IMG/VR virus record: IMGVR_UViG_3300033075_000403
Span: 1 to 64,000 of that record
From: a virus
Lineage: Duplodnaviria > Caudoviricetes
DNA: 64,000 nucleotides
Reading direction: 5' to 3' (one strand)
This document shows positions 8,579 through 16,002 of the stretch, piece by piece. Position 1 is the first letter of the stretch. Each line of letters opens with the position of its first letter. Below the pieces are notes generated by a model, which was not told where the DNA came from, made no database searches, and saw only the letters and a program-made list of their open reading frames with translations. Made by a program: the position numbers and the translations under genes.

Positions 8579-9067
8579 CTAGCATGATCGAATTAAGTAG
8601 GTTTCACCGTCCCATTCGATTTCGGCGTAGTCCTGTTTCAGTGCTTCGGCGGCGGCTTCCCAGTCGATGTGACAGATAGGCCAATGGGCTTTTGCGTCGA
8701 TAGCCCCGATGTCATCGGCGAACTGCTGGGCGTACTCTTGGAAGTAGTCCTCATGGATGAGGGTTTCCCCGTGCTGCCAGTCCGACGAATTGCTCTCCCC
8801 CTCTTCGCAGAAGTCTTTGAGGGCTTTGAGTTCGTCGCCGTTCTCGGCGTCCCATTCTTCGAGGGCTTCGCGGGCTTCCTTCGCGGTTTCTTCCAGCGTG
8901 GGGAGCGCTGTAGGGTCGTCGTCCTCGGCGTCGAAGTCGTTCAAGGCTTGGATGGCTTCCGTCAGTTCGTCCGCGAGGGCTTCGCGTTCGTCGGCGAGTT
9001 CTTCGCAGCGCTTGATCACGTCGCGGCTGTCAATGATCTTGTCGGTGTTGCTGATGGTGCGAGCCAT
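8579..9067 (-). CDS. ArdA-like acidic antirestriction (DNA mimic) protein
   Basis: Very acidic; C-terminal YFQEYAQQF...IDWEAAAEALKQDYAEIEWDGETYLIR resembles the ArdA C-terminus. Confidence 0.6.
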   Translation of the reverse strand: MARTISNTDKIIDSRDVIKRCEELADEREALADELTEAIQALNDFDAEDDDPTALPTLEETAKEAREALEEWDAENGDELKALKDFCEEGESNSSDWQHGETLIHEDYFQEYAQQFADDIGAIDAKAHWPICHIDWEAAAEALKQDYAEIEWDGETYLIRSC

Positions 9068-9119
9068 GTTTTCAGTCCTCCAAGGGTTGCGGTGAGTGTG
9101 TCGCGTGTCGGACAATGTA

Positions 9120-9147
9120 ATAGTAGCGTCGGTGTCGGCGAAAGCAA
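9120..9147 (-). promoter_or_regulatory. Early-type promoter
   Basis: TTGCTT-TCGCCGACACCGACGC(16)-TACTAT on minus strand. Confidence 0.6.
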
Positions 9148-9165
9148 GGGTCAGCGGTCGATTTC

Positions 9166-9194
9166 TTGCTTTTTTCTTTCCGTCTGTCTATCCT
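9166..9194 (+). promoter_or_regulatory. Promoter for the TerS-like gene
   Basis: TTGCTT-17-TATCCT, back-to-back with the minus-strand promoter at 9120-9147. Confidence 0.45.
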
Positions 9195-9228
9195 CTTGGG
9201 TAGGAACCACACGCAAGAGGGCAGAGAC

Positions 9229-9897
9229 GTGCCGAGAATCCAAGTGCAGCGAGACAGGGCAGCGGAGCGACGGCAACAGGCGGCGGCGCTCTACGCGCGC
9301 GGCGTGTCTCTGGGAGAGATCGCGGAGCAATTGCAGTGCAGTCAGGGTACGCTCGCAGCTGACCTGGCGACGATGCGCAGGGCATGGCGCGAGCGGATGT
9401 CAGGGGACATCGCGGAATCGCGCGCCCATGAATTGCTCAAACTGGACGAAGCGGAGCGCAGCCTATGGGAGAGCTGGCGGCTATCCCAAGGGGGACAGAT
9501 CGTAGAGAGGGAGAGCGAAGAACACACCCGCGCCCGGCGTCCGCTGGACGAGGACGACGGGGGAGAGGGGGACGACGTGGGCGCGCCTCTCCAGCTCTCT
9601 AGGACGATCAAAGAGCGGACGCGCGCGAGCAAGCCGGGCGATGCAAAATACATGGAATTGATCCTTCGCGTAATCGACCAAAGGATTAAGTTACTCGGAC
9701 TGGCGGACGACAAGGGCAAGGGGAGCGGCGCGCAGGGGAACACGGTTCACGTCTCGATAGACTGGACGATGATCGCGCAGGGCGGCCCGGCAAAGCCCGA
9801 CCCCATTGAAGCGGAGATCCTGCGCGTGAGGGAGGGGGGAATCACTCCCCCCGTTCCCGTGCTCGTGCAGGACGTTGCAGCGCTTCCCGTGGATTAG
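9229..9897 (+). CDS. Probable terminase small subunit (N-terminal HTH)
   Basis: AAALYARGVSLGEIAEQLQCSQGTLAADL HTH; KLDEAERSLW; GDAKYMELILRVIDQRIKLLGL helix typical of TerS-like proteins. Confidence 0.6.
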   Translation: MPRIQVQRDRAAERRQQAAALYARGVSLGEIAEQLQCSQGTLAADLATMRRAWRERMSGDIAESRAHELLKLDEAERSLWESWRLSQGGQIVERESEEHTRARRPLDEDDGGEGDDVGAPLQLSRTIKERTRASKPGDAKYMELILRVIDQRIKLLGLADDKGKGSGAQGNTVHVSIDWTMIAQGGPAKPDPIEAEILRVREGGITPPVPVLVQDVAALPVD

Positions 9898-10142
9898 ACG
9901 GGCGCGCCGGTTGCCTTGGCGATGATGTGGCGGGCTTGCTCAATCGTCGCAAACATGACGATAGGATCGGGTTCGCTTTGATTGCTCGCCTTGACGAGAC
10001 GTTGCAGCGATTCGAGCAGTTCCGGGGCGGCGGCAAACAGGACGCCGTATTTCTTCGCCGCTTCGTCGCTGGTGAACGTGGCGAGGCGGGACTTGTATTT
10101 GTCCGGCCCGTTGATACCTTTGCCGTCGAATGATAGCGACAT
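9894..10142 (-). CDS. Phage hypothetical protein (AAAPELL motif)
   Basis: LFAAAPELLESL motif; GAGG upstream. Confidence 0.7.
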   Translation of the reverse strand: MSLSFDGKGINGPDKYKSRLATFTSDEAAKKYGVLFAAAPELLESLQRLVKASNQSEPDPIVMFATIEQARHIIAKATGAPV

Positions 10143-10208
10143 CGTTTGTCCTCTTGAGGTTGCAGGAACGCCCGACGACGTGCCGGGCGCGTTTGGTTGA
10201 CGTTTAGA

Positions 10209-10475
10209 CTAGGTTTCGTCGGTGTTCTTCAATGATTCATTGTACTTTTTCAACCACGTCTTTTCGTCCCAGTGCTTTCTAATCCATGCTTTCAAGCGTT
10301 TTTCACTCGGTTCGGTTTTCGATGGCATGGGTGGAACGTCGTCGTAAGCCCCTCCGAACCGCGTTCCCTCGCCGTCCCAGTCCGCCCAGCAATTGAACGG
10401 GTACACGCGCATACCGCTTTTCGTGCGATAGCTCCCGCAAAAATCCATTACGCAAATTGTTACTTGCTCTTGCAC
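10209..10475 (-). CDS. Hypothetical protein
   Basis: ORF in minus cluster; start uncertain. Confidence 0.5.
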   Translation of the reverse strand: MQEQVTICVMDFCGSYRTKSGMRVYPFNCWADWDGEGTRFGGAYDDVPPMPSKTEPSEKRLKAWIRKHWDEKTWLKKYNESLKNTDET

Positions 10476-10563
10476 GGTTTTCCCTCACAACGTGATTGTG
10501 ATTTGATACAGTCCTTCGCCCGGTTGCGAAGCCGGCGGCGCGTCGCGGGGGATTGGTTGACGC

Positions 10564-11097
10564 TTAGACCATGTTGCCGTGCTCGTCAAATTCGTATTCG
10601 TTCGCGTCGCAGGTTTCGCGGAACGCTTCCATGCTCGTTTGATATTCGTAGTCGGCTTGGCAAGCGTACAACCAGGTTTCCCCAGCGGCGCGCATCAGAT
10701 CGTCAAGATCCGTTTCGCCGTCCTTCAAGAATGCTTTGCGGAATCCGTCGATGGCGCTTTCATCGTGGCAGAATCCTGTTAGCTTGCAATCGCCGTGTCC
10801 CTTGAACGTCTCAGGGTTGAACGTGCCGAGTTGTTCCAATCGTTCCGCGATCTCGTCATGTCCCATATCGTCGGGCATGTTGAAGTGCAGGTGCGAGTGC
10901 GCCGCGCAGCTCCAATCAATGCGCCAATCCGAGAGAGAACCGCCGAAGTGCTCCGCCAATTTCTTGAGGGATGCGAGCGCGTCGTCGCCCCAGTGATATT
11001 CTTCGTGGAGGTTGAATTGTTCTAGGGCGCGCTCTTGCACGTCCTGAGGGAGTTCCTCAAGCTTGTAGATGATCCGCGTCGTCGTTTCGGTGCGCAT
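10564..11097 (-). CDS. Conserved acidic phage protein (family often auto-annotated as antitoxin-like)
   Basis: YKLEELPQDVQERA...DYEYQTSMEAFRETCDANEYEFDEHG pattern; has its own promoter. Confidence 0.65.
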   Translation of the reverse strand: MRTETTTRIIYKLEELPQDVQERALEQFNLHEEYHWGDDALASLKKLAEHFGGSLSDWRIDWSCAAHSHLHFNMPDDMGHDEIAERLEQLGTFNPETFKGHGDCKLTGFCHDESAIDGFRKAFLKDGETDLDDLMRAAGETWLYACQADYEYQTSMEAFRETCDANEYEFDEHGNMV

Positions 11098-11156
11098 GGT
11101 TCGATTCTCCAGGAAGGTAGGGTGGAAGGAGGGAACGCGCGCGTTCCCCATAATGG

Positions 11157-11185
11157 ATTCTAGGCCGATTGTCGGCGATTGTCAA
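11157..11185 (-). promoter_or_regulatory. Early-type promoter
   Basis: TTGACA-ATCGCCGACAATCGGCC(17)-TAGAAT. Confidence 0.8.
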
Positions 11186-11556
11186 AACCCGTAGATTTTA
11201 CCATCGTCGCCTACGTACAGATTAACCGTGCCGTAAACCTTGCTTGCTTTGGTCAATCGCGTTCCGACATCGTGCGGCCAATCGCCATCCCAAAAGCCGG
11301 CTCCGTGCCCGTTGCGGGTAAGCCAGAAATCGTACCCGGCTTGCTTCAAGTTGCTGCCGATGTCGTCGGCATGGTCGGCGAGGAACGCCGAAACGTCGTT
11401 CTGCGCTGACGCCAGCGATTCCGGGGAGATGTCTTCGATGCCATAGTTGTCATCTAGTGGTGCGCCATCGTTCCCGTCCTCGTCATACTCGCACGAGGAC
11501 CACAAGGCGCATTCAAGGTAGGCGCGTAGCATCGGGCATTCGATTTTGTGTCCCAT
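11182..11556 (-). CDS. Conserved acidic phage protein (LTRNGHGAGFWD motif)
   Basis: AYLECALWSS...AGYDFWLTRNGHGAGFWDGDW. Confidence 0.75.
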   Translation of the reverse strand: MGHKIECPMLRAYLECALWSSCEYDEDGNDGAPLDDNYGIEDISPESLASAQNDVSAFLADHADDIGSNLKQAGYDFWLTRNGHGAGFWDGDWPHDVGTRLTKASKVYGTVNLYVGDDGKIYGF

Positions 11557-11650
11557 TGTCCAATCCTCAAAAGGTTAATTGTGCTTCCCGAACAAAGGGA
11601 GGAATGATCCTCCCAAGGTTTCGCGCCTTGCGAGCGCTCATCAGCGGGAT

Positions 11651-12229
11651 TTATTCTTCGGCGTCTGCTGGCGGAGTGTAGACGCATTCGCCCGTATCGA
11701 CGCGATAGACCGGATATGGGCAGGGGTTGTCATCGTCGAACCAGTCCGCAGCGAAGCAATAGGTGCGCGGTCCGCTCTCGCATGGGTTCTCAAGATACCC
11801 AGCACCGGGCGCGCAGGGGGAGCAGAATTGAGCACGAGTGTAGTAGGGGCTTGAGACAAGGAAAACGTCGTTGTAGTCGTCGATGGTCGCCTTGTATTCG
11901 CCATCGTCCAGTGTCCAGCCGCACGGTTCATCGCCAAAGCAATCGGACGATTCGAGATAGTGGCCGCAGCTCTCGCAAGCATAGTCCGCGCAGGAGCGAT
12001 AGCCCGTGCGAATGTGCGGGTAATCACAGTGCTTTTCATCATCGTAGGAAACGATATCATTCCCGCAGTTTGGGCAATGGGGATCGCCATAGTCTGCTTC
12101 AAATGCTTCCCACGATTCACACACAAGCGCGTTCATGTTGATGACGCCGAACCGAATACCCGTTTTCTTGTCAATGTTCGTGGCTCCGTGCCCGTAGTCG
12201 ATGCCGACATAGTTCGTTTTTCCGCTCAT
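11651..12229 (-). CDS. Acidic Cys-rich hypothetical protein
   Basis: CPNC, CESC, CSPC motifs; GAGG upstream. Confidence 0.75.
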   Translation of the reverse strand: MSGKTNYVGIDYGHGATNIDKKTGIRFGVINMNALVCESWEAFEADYGDPHCPNCGNDIVSYDDEKHCDYPHIRTGYRSCADYACESCGHYLESSDCFGDEPCGWTLDDGEYKATIDDYNDVFLVSSPYYTRAQFCSPCAPGAGYLENPCESGPRTYCFAADWFDDDNPCPYPVYRVDTGECVYTPPADAEE

Positions 12230-12285
12230 GGTTCCAATCCTCAGATTGTGTCAAGGTAGGGGCGCGACGTGCGCCCCGTAGTGTA

Positions 12286-12313
12286 ATCGTAGCTTTGTGT
12301 CGTCGAATGTCAA
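12286..12313 (-). promoter_or_regulatory. Early-type promoter followed by a GGGGCG...CGCCCC hairpin
   Basis: TTGACA-TTCGACGACACAAAGC(16)-TACGAT; hairpin at 12259-12277. Confidence 0.7.
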
Positions 12314-12330
12314 GGGCGAAAATGGATTGA

Positions 12331-12531
12331 CTACTTCCCAGCGCGGAGCCGCCGAAGGATGTCCGCCGGCTTGACGCCGCGCCTTAGCAGCTTGACGCCA
12401 CGAGAAACCAGCGCTAGCTCCTCTTGCCACGTTAGACCGTTAAAGCGGCTTGCCAGTGACCGCGCCAGCTGCGCGGCTTGCTGAAGACGTTCGCGCGTGG
12501 CGGCCATCTTGTCGTGTGTGCTCATGTCCAT
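12331..12531 (-). CDS. Small basic hypothetical protein
   Basis: Preceded by the repeated leader GGATCTGCACAATG. Confidence 0.65.
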   Translation of the reverse strand: MDMSTHDKMAATRERLQQAAQLARSLASRFNGLTWQEELALVSRGVKLLRRGVKPADILRRLRAGK

Positions 12532-12627
12532 TGTGCAGATCCTCTTGAGAGAACAGGGAGTAGGGGCGAAACGTCCTCACCAGTTCACGAGACTGGCGTT
12601 CTCACGTGGATTGCAGGACGATAGACG

Positions 12628-13014
12628 TTACTTGTCGCCGATTGCAGCATTGAAGCACGCGCAGAACGACAACGGGACGTTGGGCAGTTGAACGATGCTC
12701 AATCCTTCGGTATCGTAGAGCTTGCAATCGTTGCCAAGTGCAATCAATCGCTCTTGATCGGCGCTGGTTGGGTAGTCGGTGGCCATCAGCTCATCATCGA
12801 CTTCCAGGAATTCGAGCTTTCCCGAATCGGCCACGATGTCAAGCGCGTCCTGCTCGTTGTCGGCAAATGCGACTGCGACAACGAAGCCGTGGTCATGGAA
12901 CAGGAACGTCTTGACGTTGGCGCTCCCAGCAGCTTGCCAATCGTCCAGGTTGATGACGTCGTTGTCGGTGAAACGGACGCGAGAGACTTCAGAGACGTTG
13001 ATGCGATTGCCCAT
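12628..13014 (-). CDS. Acidic hypothetical protein
   Basis: ATG 13014 within leader GGATCTGCACAATG. Confidence 0.7.
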   Translation of the reverse strand: MGNRINVSEVSRVRFTDNDVINLDDWQAAGSANVKTFLFHDHGFVVAVAFADNEQDALDIVADSGKLEFLEVDDELMATDYPTSADQERLIALGNDCKLYDTEGLSIVQLPNVPLSFCACFNAAIGDK

Positions 13015-13071
13015 TGTGCAGATCCTTTGAAGAGAAACGATAGGGGCGAGACGTTCGCCCCGTGTAAGGGA

Positions 13072-13100
13072 ATGATACGCTTGTTGTCGTCGAATGTCAA
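13072..13100 (-). promoter_or_regulatory. Early-type promoter followed by a GGGGCG...CGCCCC hairpin
   Basis: TTGACA-TTCGACGACAACAAGCG(17)-TATCAT; hairpin at 13043-13061. Confidence 0.8.
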
Positions 13101-13105
13101 GCCGA

Positions 13106-13294
13106 TTATTTCCGCGCTTGCAGGTCAGAGACCTGTTTCCGGGCCGTCGCAAGATCTTGCTTGGCGCGATGCAGTTGGCAACGTAGGGTGTGCTCCGCCA
13201 CATCGTCCAGCGCGAGAATCGAGTAGGCGGCCAGCGCGGTTCCGATGATGACGCCGATGCCAAGCGCTGCGAGTAGGTGGAATGATGTCCTCAT
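13106..13294 (-). CDS. Small membrane protein
   Basis: N-terminal TM helix; leader AAAGGATCTCCGCATG. Confidence 0.65.
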   Translation of the reverse strand: MRTSFHLLAALGIGVIIGTALAAYSILALDDVAEHTLRCQLHRAKQDLATARKQVSDLQARK

Positions 13295-13323
13295 GCGGAG
13301 ATCCTTTGCAAAAATGGTGATGA

Positions 13324-13521
13324 TTAGACCGATTCATGTAGACGTTCAGGACGAATCCAGCCGTCTGAGCCGTCCTCGCGAACGACGTTGACGAATGACA
13401 CCGTGCCATCGGGACGATATTCGATGTCCTGCACGATGCCGCGCACGCGATTGTTGCGCAGTTGGCGAGCTGCATGGTGCGGAGTGTACCATACTTTTTG
13501 ACCGATTGTGAGCTGTTCCAT
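13324..13521 (-). CDS. Small SH3/KOW-like beta protein
   Basis: IGQKVWY...RGIVQDIEY...VNV...W; leader AAAGGATCTCCACAATG. Confidence 0.6.
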   Translation of the reverse strand: MEQLTIGQKVWYTPHHAARQLRNNRVRGIVQDIEYRPDGTVSFVNVVREDGSDGWIRPERLHESV

Positions 13522-13636
13522 TGTGGAGATCCTTTGGGTATGGGGCTAGAACGTGCTAGGATTGCGTGTGTGGCGTTTGGAGAGCGCGGGTAGGGGTGGC
13601 ATAGCTTGAACCCATCCCCGTGTCTCTGGGGCGATT

Positions 13637-13876
13637 CTAGGAGTCCTGCAGGGGAACCGATACATGAGCCAGCTGGAAGGCGTCGCATGGTCCACCGTCG
13701 CGATAAGCCATGACGCGGAAGGAAATGCCAGCAGGGGAAAGCCAACCATGCACGCGGCAGGGGGCACAATCCTCAGCCAGTCCCGTTGCAGCGCGTAGCA
13801 CTCGCACGCGGTCGGCAGGGGAGAGTGAGGTTAGGTCTTGGGGGCGGAGATGGAGAGCGGGGGGAAGGGTGTCCAT
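13637..13876 (-). CDS. Hypothetical protein
   Basis: Leader AAAGGATCTGCACAATG. Confidence 0.6.
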   Translation of the reverse strand: MDTLPPALHLRPQDLTSLSPADRVRVLRAATGLAEDCAPCRVHGWLSPAGISFRVMAYRDGGPCDAFQLAHVSVPLQDS

Positions 13877-13977
13877 TGTGCAGATCCTTTAGGTAGCGGG
13901 TAAGGGAAACCTGTAGGGGTTGACGGGCGAGCGCTATTAGCCTGTCCTAAGTCGGCGTGTTAGGTGAGCCTAACGGA

Positions 13978-13997
13978 CCGCCCCCCGTAGGGGGCGG
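13978..13997. terminator. GC-rich hairpin (terminator or processing stem)
   Basis: CCGCCCCC-CGTA-GGGGGCGG just downstream of 14011..14142; no clear U tract. Confidence 0.35.
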
Positions 13998-14010
13998 CTC
14001 CGTGTCGGAG

Positions 14011-14142
14011 TTACCAGCTGAACCAGCGCTTCCACCATACTTTGTAGGTGGATTTTCGCATGGTCTTTTCCAGTGCCAGCCATGCCTCTGACCCGACAGG
14101 CTCCATCACTCCATCGTCGTTCCGCCAGTAGACCTTAGCCAT
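14011..14142 (-). CDS. Small Trp-rich basic peptide (43 aa), first gene after the non-coding region
   Basis: MAKVYWRNDDGVMEPVGSEAWLALEKTMRKSTYKVWWKRWFSW; promoter directly upstream. Confidence 0.55.
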   Translation of the reverse strand: MAKVYWRNDDGVMEPVGSEAWLALEKTMRKSTYKVWWKRWFSW

Positions 14143-14195
14143 TGTCCTGCCCTCTTGAGATCCTCGGTCGATCTGACCCTCAGCTCTACCTTATC

Positions 14196-14223
14196 ATTGT
14201 AGCACGTCGTCGGCGAAAGTCAA
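14196..14223 (-). promoter_or_regulatory. Early-type promoter
   Basis: TTGACT-TTCGCCGACGACGTGC(16)-TACAAT. Confidence 0.75.
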
Positions 14224-14261
14224 GAGGGAAATCTTTTTTTTTCCAGAGTTCCCCGATCCGG

Positions 14262-14632
14262 CCTACCGTGGACCCTTGTAGGGCATTTCCGGTAGGGTAC
14301 TACCTCACCGCTCCCCCACCCGTCCAAGTGTGACACCATTTTCACATGCTCCCACGACATTGAACGACACCGCCCGAATGTCGCACCACTTTCCCATGCT
14401 CCTGCACATTGACCGACATGCCCACTCTCCCCCAAGGGGCCGACGACATTCGCAGACACTCCCCTCTTCCCGTGTTGGGGTTGCACACCCTACCCCTCGT
14501 TTTGGAACGCACGTTTGCTACATTCACGGACATACTCCCTACCGTGGACCCTTGCCGGTGGCTCGTGTGATTCGTGCAAGAATCGTGGAGAGCTACCCTA
14601 CCCTGTGTTTTGGAACGATGCGTTGCTACATT
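14262..14632. repeat. Two pairs of direct repeats in a non-coding region
   Basis: CCTACCGTGGACCCTTG at 14262-14278 and 14538-14554; CCCTACCC-N3-GTTTTGGAACG-N5-TTGCTACATT at 14488-14524 and 14596-14632. Confidence 0.8.
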
Positions 14633-14693
14633 GGGCGACATGGTGTATGATCCACATGACGGAGATTTTGGAATCGTTTTCCCGATGTAAGTT

Positions 14694-14889
14694 AATTCCA
14701 AATTCCACTTCGACGTAACTCTATACTACTACACCACTTAAAATGGAATTACTAGCGTTCCAAACCGTTCCAATAATTCCACTTCTTACCCAAAGTGGAA
14801 CGACTGGAACAGAGTGGAACAGGTCCAATTCCATTTTATCCCCTTGTGTGTTAACGACTTACGACAAAGTGGAATTGTGGAATGGAATT
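14694..14889. repeat. Iteron-like TTCCA/TGGAA array, candidate replication origin
   Basis: 13 copies of TTCCA/TGGAA (often AATTCCAC/GTGGAATT) in both orientations within about 200 bp of AT-rich DNA right after the helicase stop. Confidence 0.6.
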
Positions 14890-15899
14890 CACAGAGCAAC
14901 CCTCCACCGTGCAGGCTTGGTCGCTTTCACTGCCACACCGTCTTTCACGAGCTTGTTGAGGGTGGAACGCACCGATTCCACGTTCTCGTTCTGGATTCCG
15001 CTGGCGATCTGTTCCAGGGTAGACCAGTCTCGTTGCTTGGTGAGGAAGTTCCTGATGCGTGTCCTCATGTCGTCGAGGATGTCTTCCCCTGGGTCCGACA
15101 TCTCCCACCAAGTACAGGTCTGTGGATCGAACCTCACGGAGAGTACTTTCTCCTCAACGTCCCTGCCGGTGACGCTCAACTTGCCGTCGTTTGCCATTCG
15201 AGGTCGCTCCAGAACCATGTTGGTGTCGGTGGTTCCTGTGAGTCCGTTGGTCCCGCTGGATTTCTCGTGGATGTCCTCCGCGATCCCTTTACGAGTGTGG
15301 TGAACCAGCAAGATCGGACACTTGCCATGGTCGGCGATCTTCTTGATCTCCCCAACATAGTGCGAGTCCGCGTTGTAGTTCTGACTGTTACCGGACAGTT
15401 GAGGACGAAACCTTCCCCACACGTCGATGACGCATAGCCGGGGATTGCTGGCAGCGGAGATCCATTCCCTGAGAGACTCGAAACCACCCTCGTGCAAGAG
15501 CGGACTATCCGTGACAAGGAAGAACCGACTCACGTTGTCACCCATCCCCATCGTGGGGAGAACCTTGAGTACACGATCCTTGATTCGTCTCTCCTGATCC
15601 TCAAGAGCAAGGTAAAGAACGTCTCCCTGCTCGACCTGACGTGTACCGAGGGCTTTTCCACCCATTGCAACGGCGAGTGCGATTCCAAGACTCATCCACG
15701 ACTTCCCCATCTTGGGAGCGCCGGACAGAAGACTCACTCCCTCACAGAGCAATCCGGGTACAGCCCACTTGGGAGGAGGTAGATCCGTGGTCATCGTTTC
15801 AGAAAGGCACTTTGCTTTGAAGCGTTTCTCCTGCCGTGGTTTGCCGACTTTCGGCATGGCAACTCCAATGAAAAAACCGCACGCAAACGTCTGGTACAC
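14889..15899 (-). CDS. RepA/AAA_25-type replicative helicase with C-terminal wHTH
   Basis: SGAPKMGKS Walker A; VLYLALED; LCVID Walker B; LVHHTRK; start may be 15858. Confidence 0.85.
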   Translation of the reverse strand: MYQTFACGFFIGVAMPKVGKPRQEKRFKAKCLSETMTTDLPPPKWAVPGLLCEGVSLLSGAPKMGKSWMSLGIALAVAMGGKALGTRQVEQGDVLYLALEDQERRIKDRVLKVLPTMGMGDNVSRFFLVTDSPLLHEGGFESLREWISAASNPRLCVIDVWGRFRPQLSGNSQNYNADSHYVGEIKKIADHGKCPILLVHHTRKGIAEDIHEKSSGTNGLTGTTDTNMVLERPRMANDGKLSVTGRDVEEKVLSVRFDPQTCTWWEMSDPGEDILDDMRTRIRNFLTKQRDWSTLEQIASGIQNENVESVRSTLNKLVKDGVAVKATKPARWRVAL

Positions 15900-16002
15900 G
15901 TCTGCGGCGGTCTGTCAGCCTTGCGGCTGATGTATTGTCTGTCGTCCGATGTACCAGATCGGACCACTCTATTCTAACATGCCTGACCCTCGGATTCAAT
16001 GC

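Noticed and set aside
10564-11097. Toxin-antitoxin system
   Set aside because: The family label is an automated annotation; no adjacent toxin-like gene is recognisable
11090-11115. tRNA T-arm-like GGTTCGATTCTCC
   Set aside because: No acceptor, D or anticodon arms; it is the SD/start region of the minus-strand gene
14262-14889. CRISPR array
   Set aside because: Only two copies per repeat type, irregular spacing, no unique-spacer periodicity and no cas genes
2718-15858. Shared MPKV N-terminus of primase and helicase
   Set aside because: Four residues only, with no further similarity; likely coincidence
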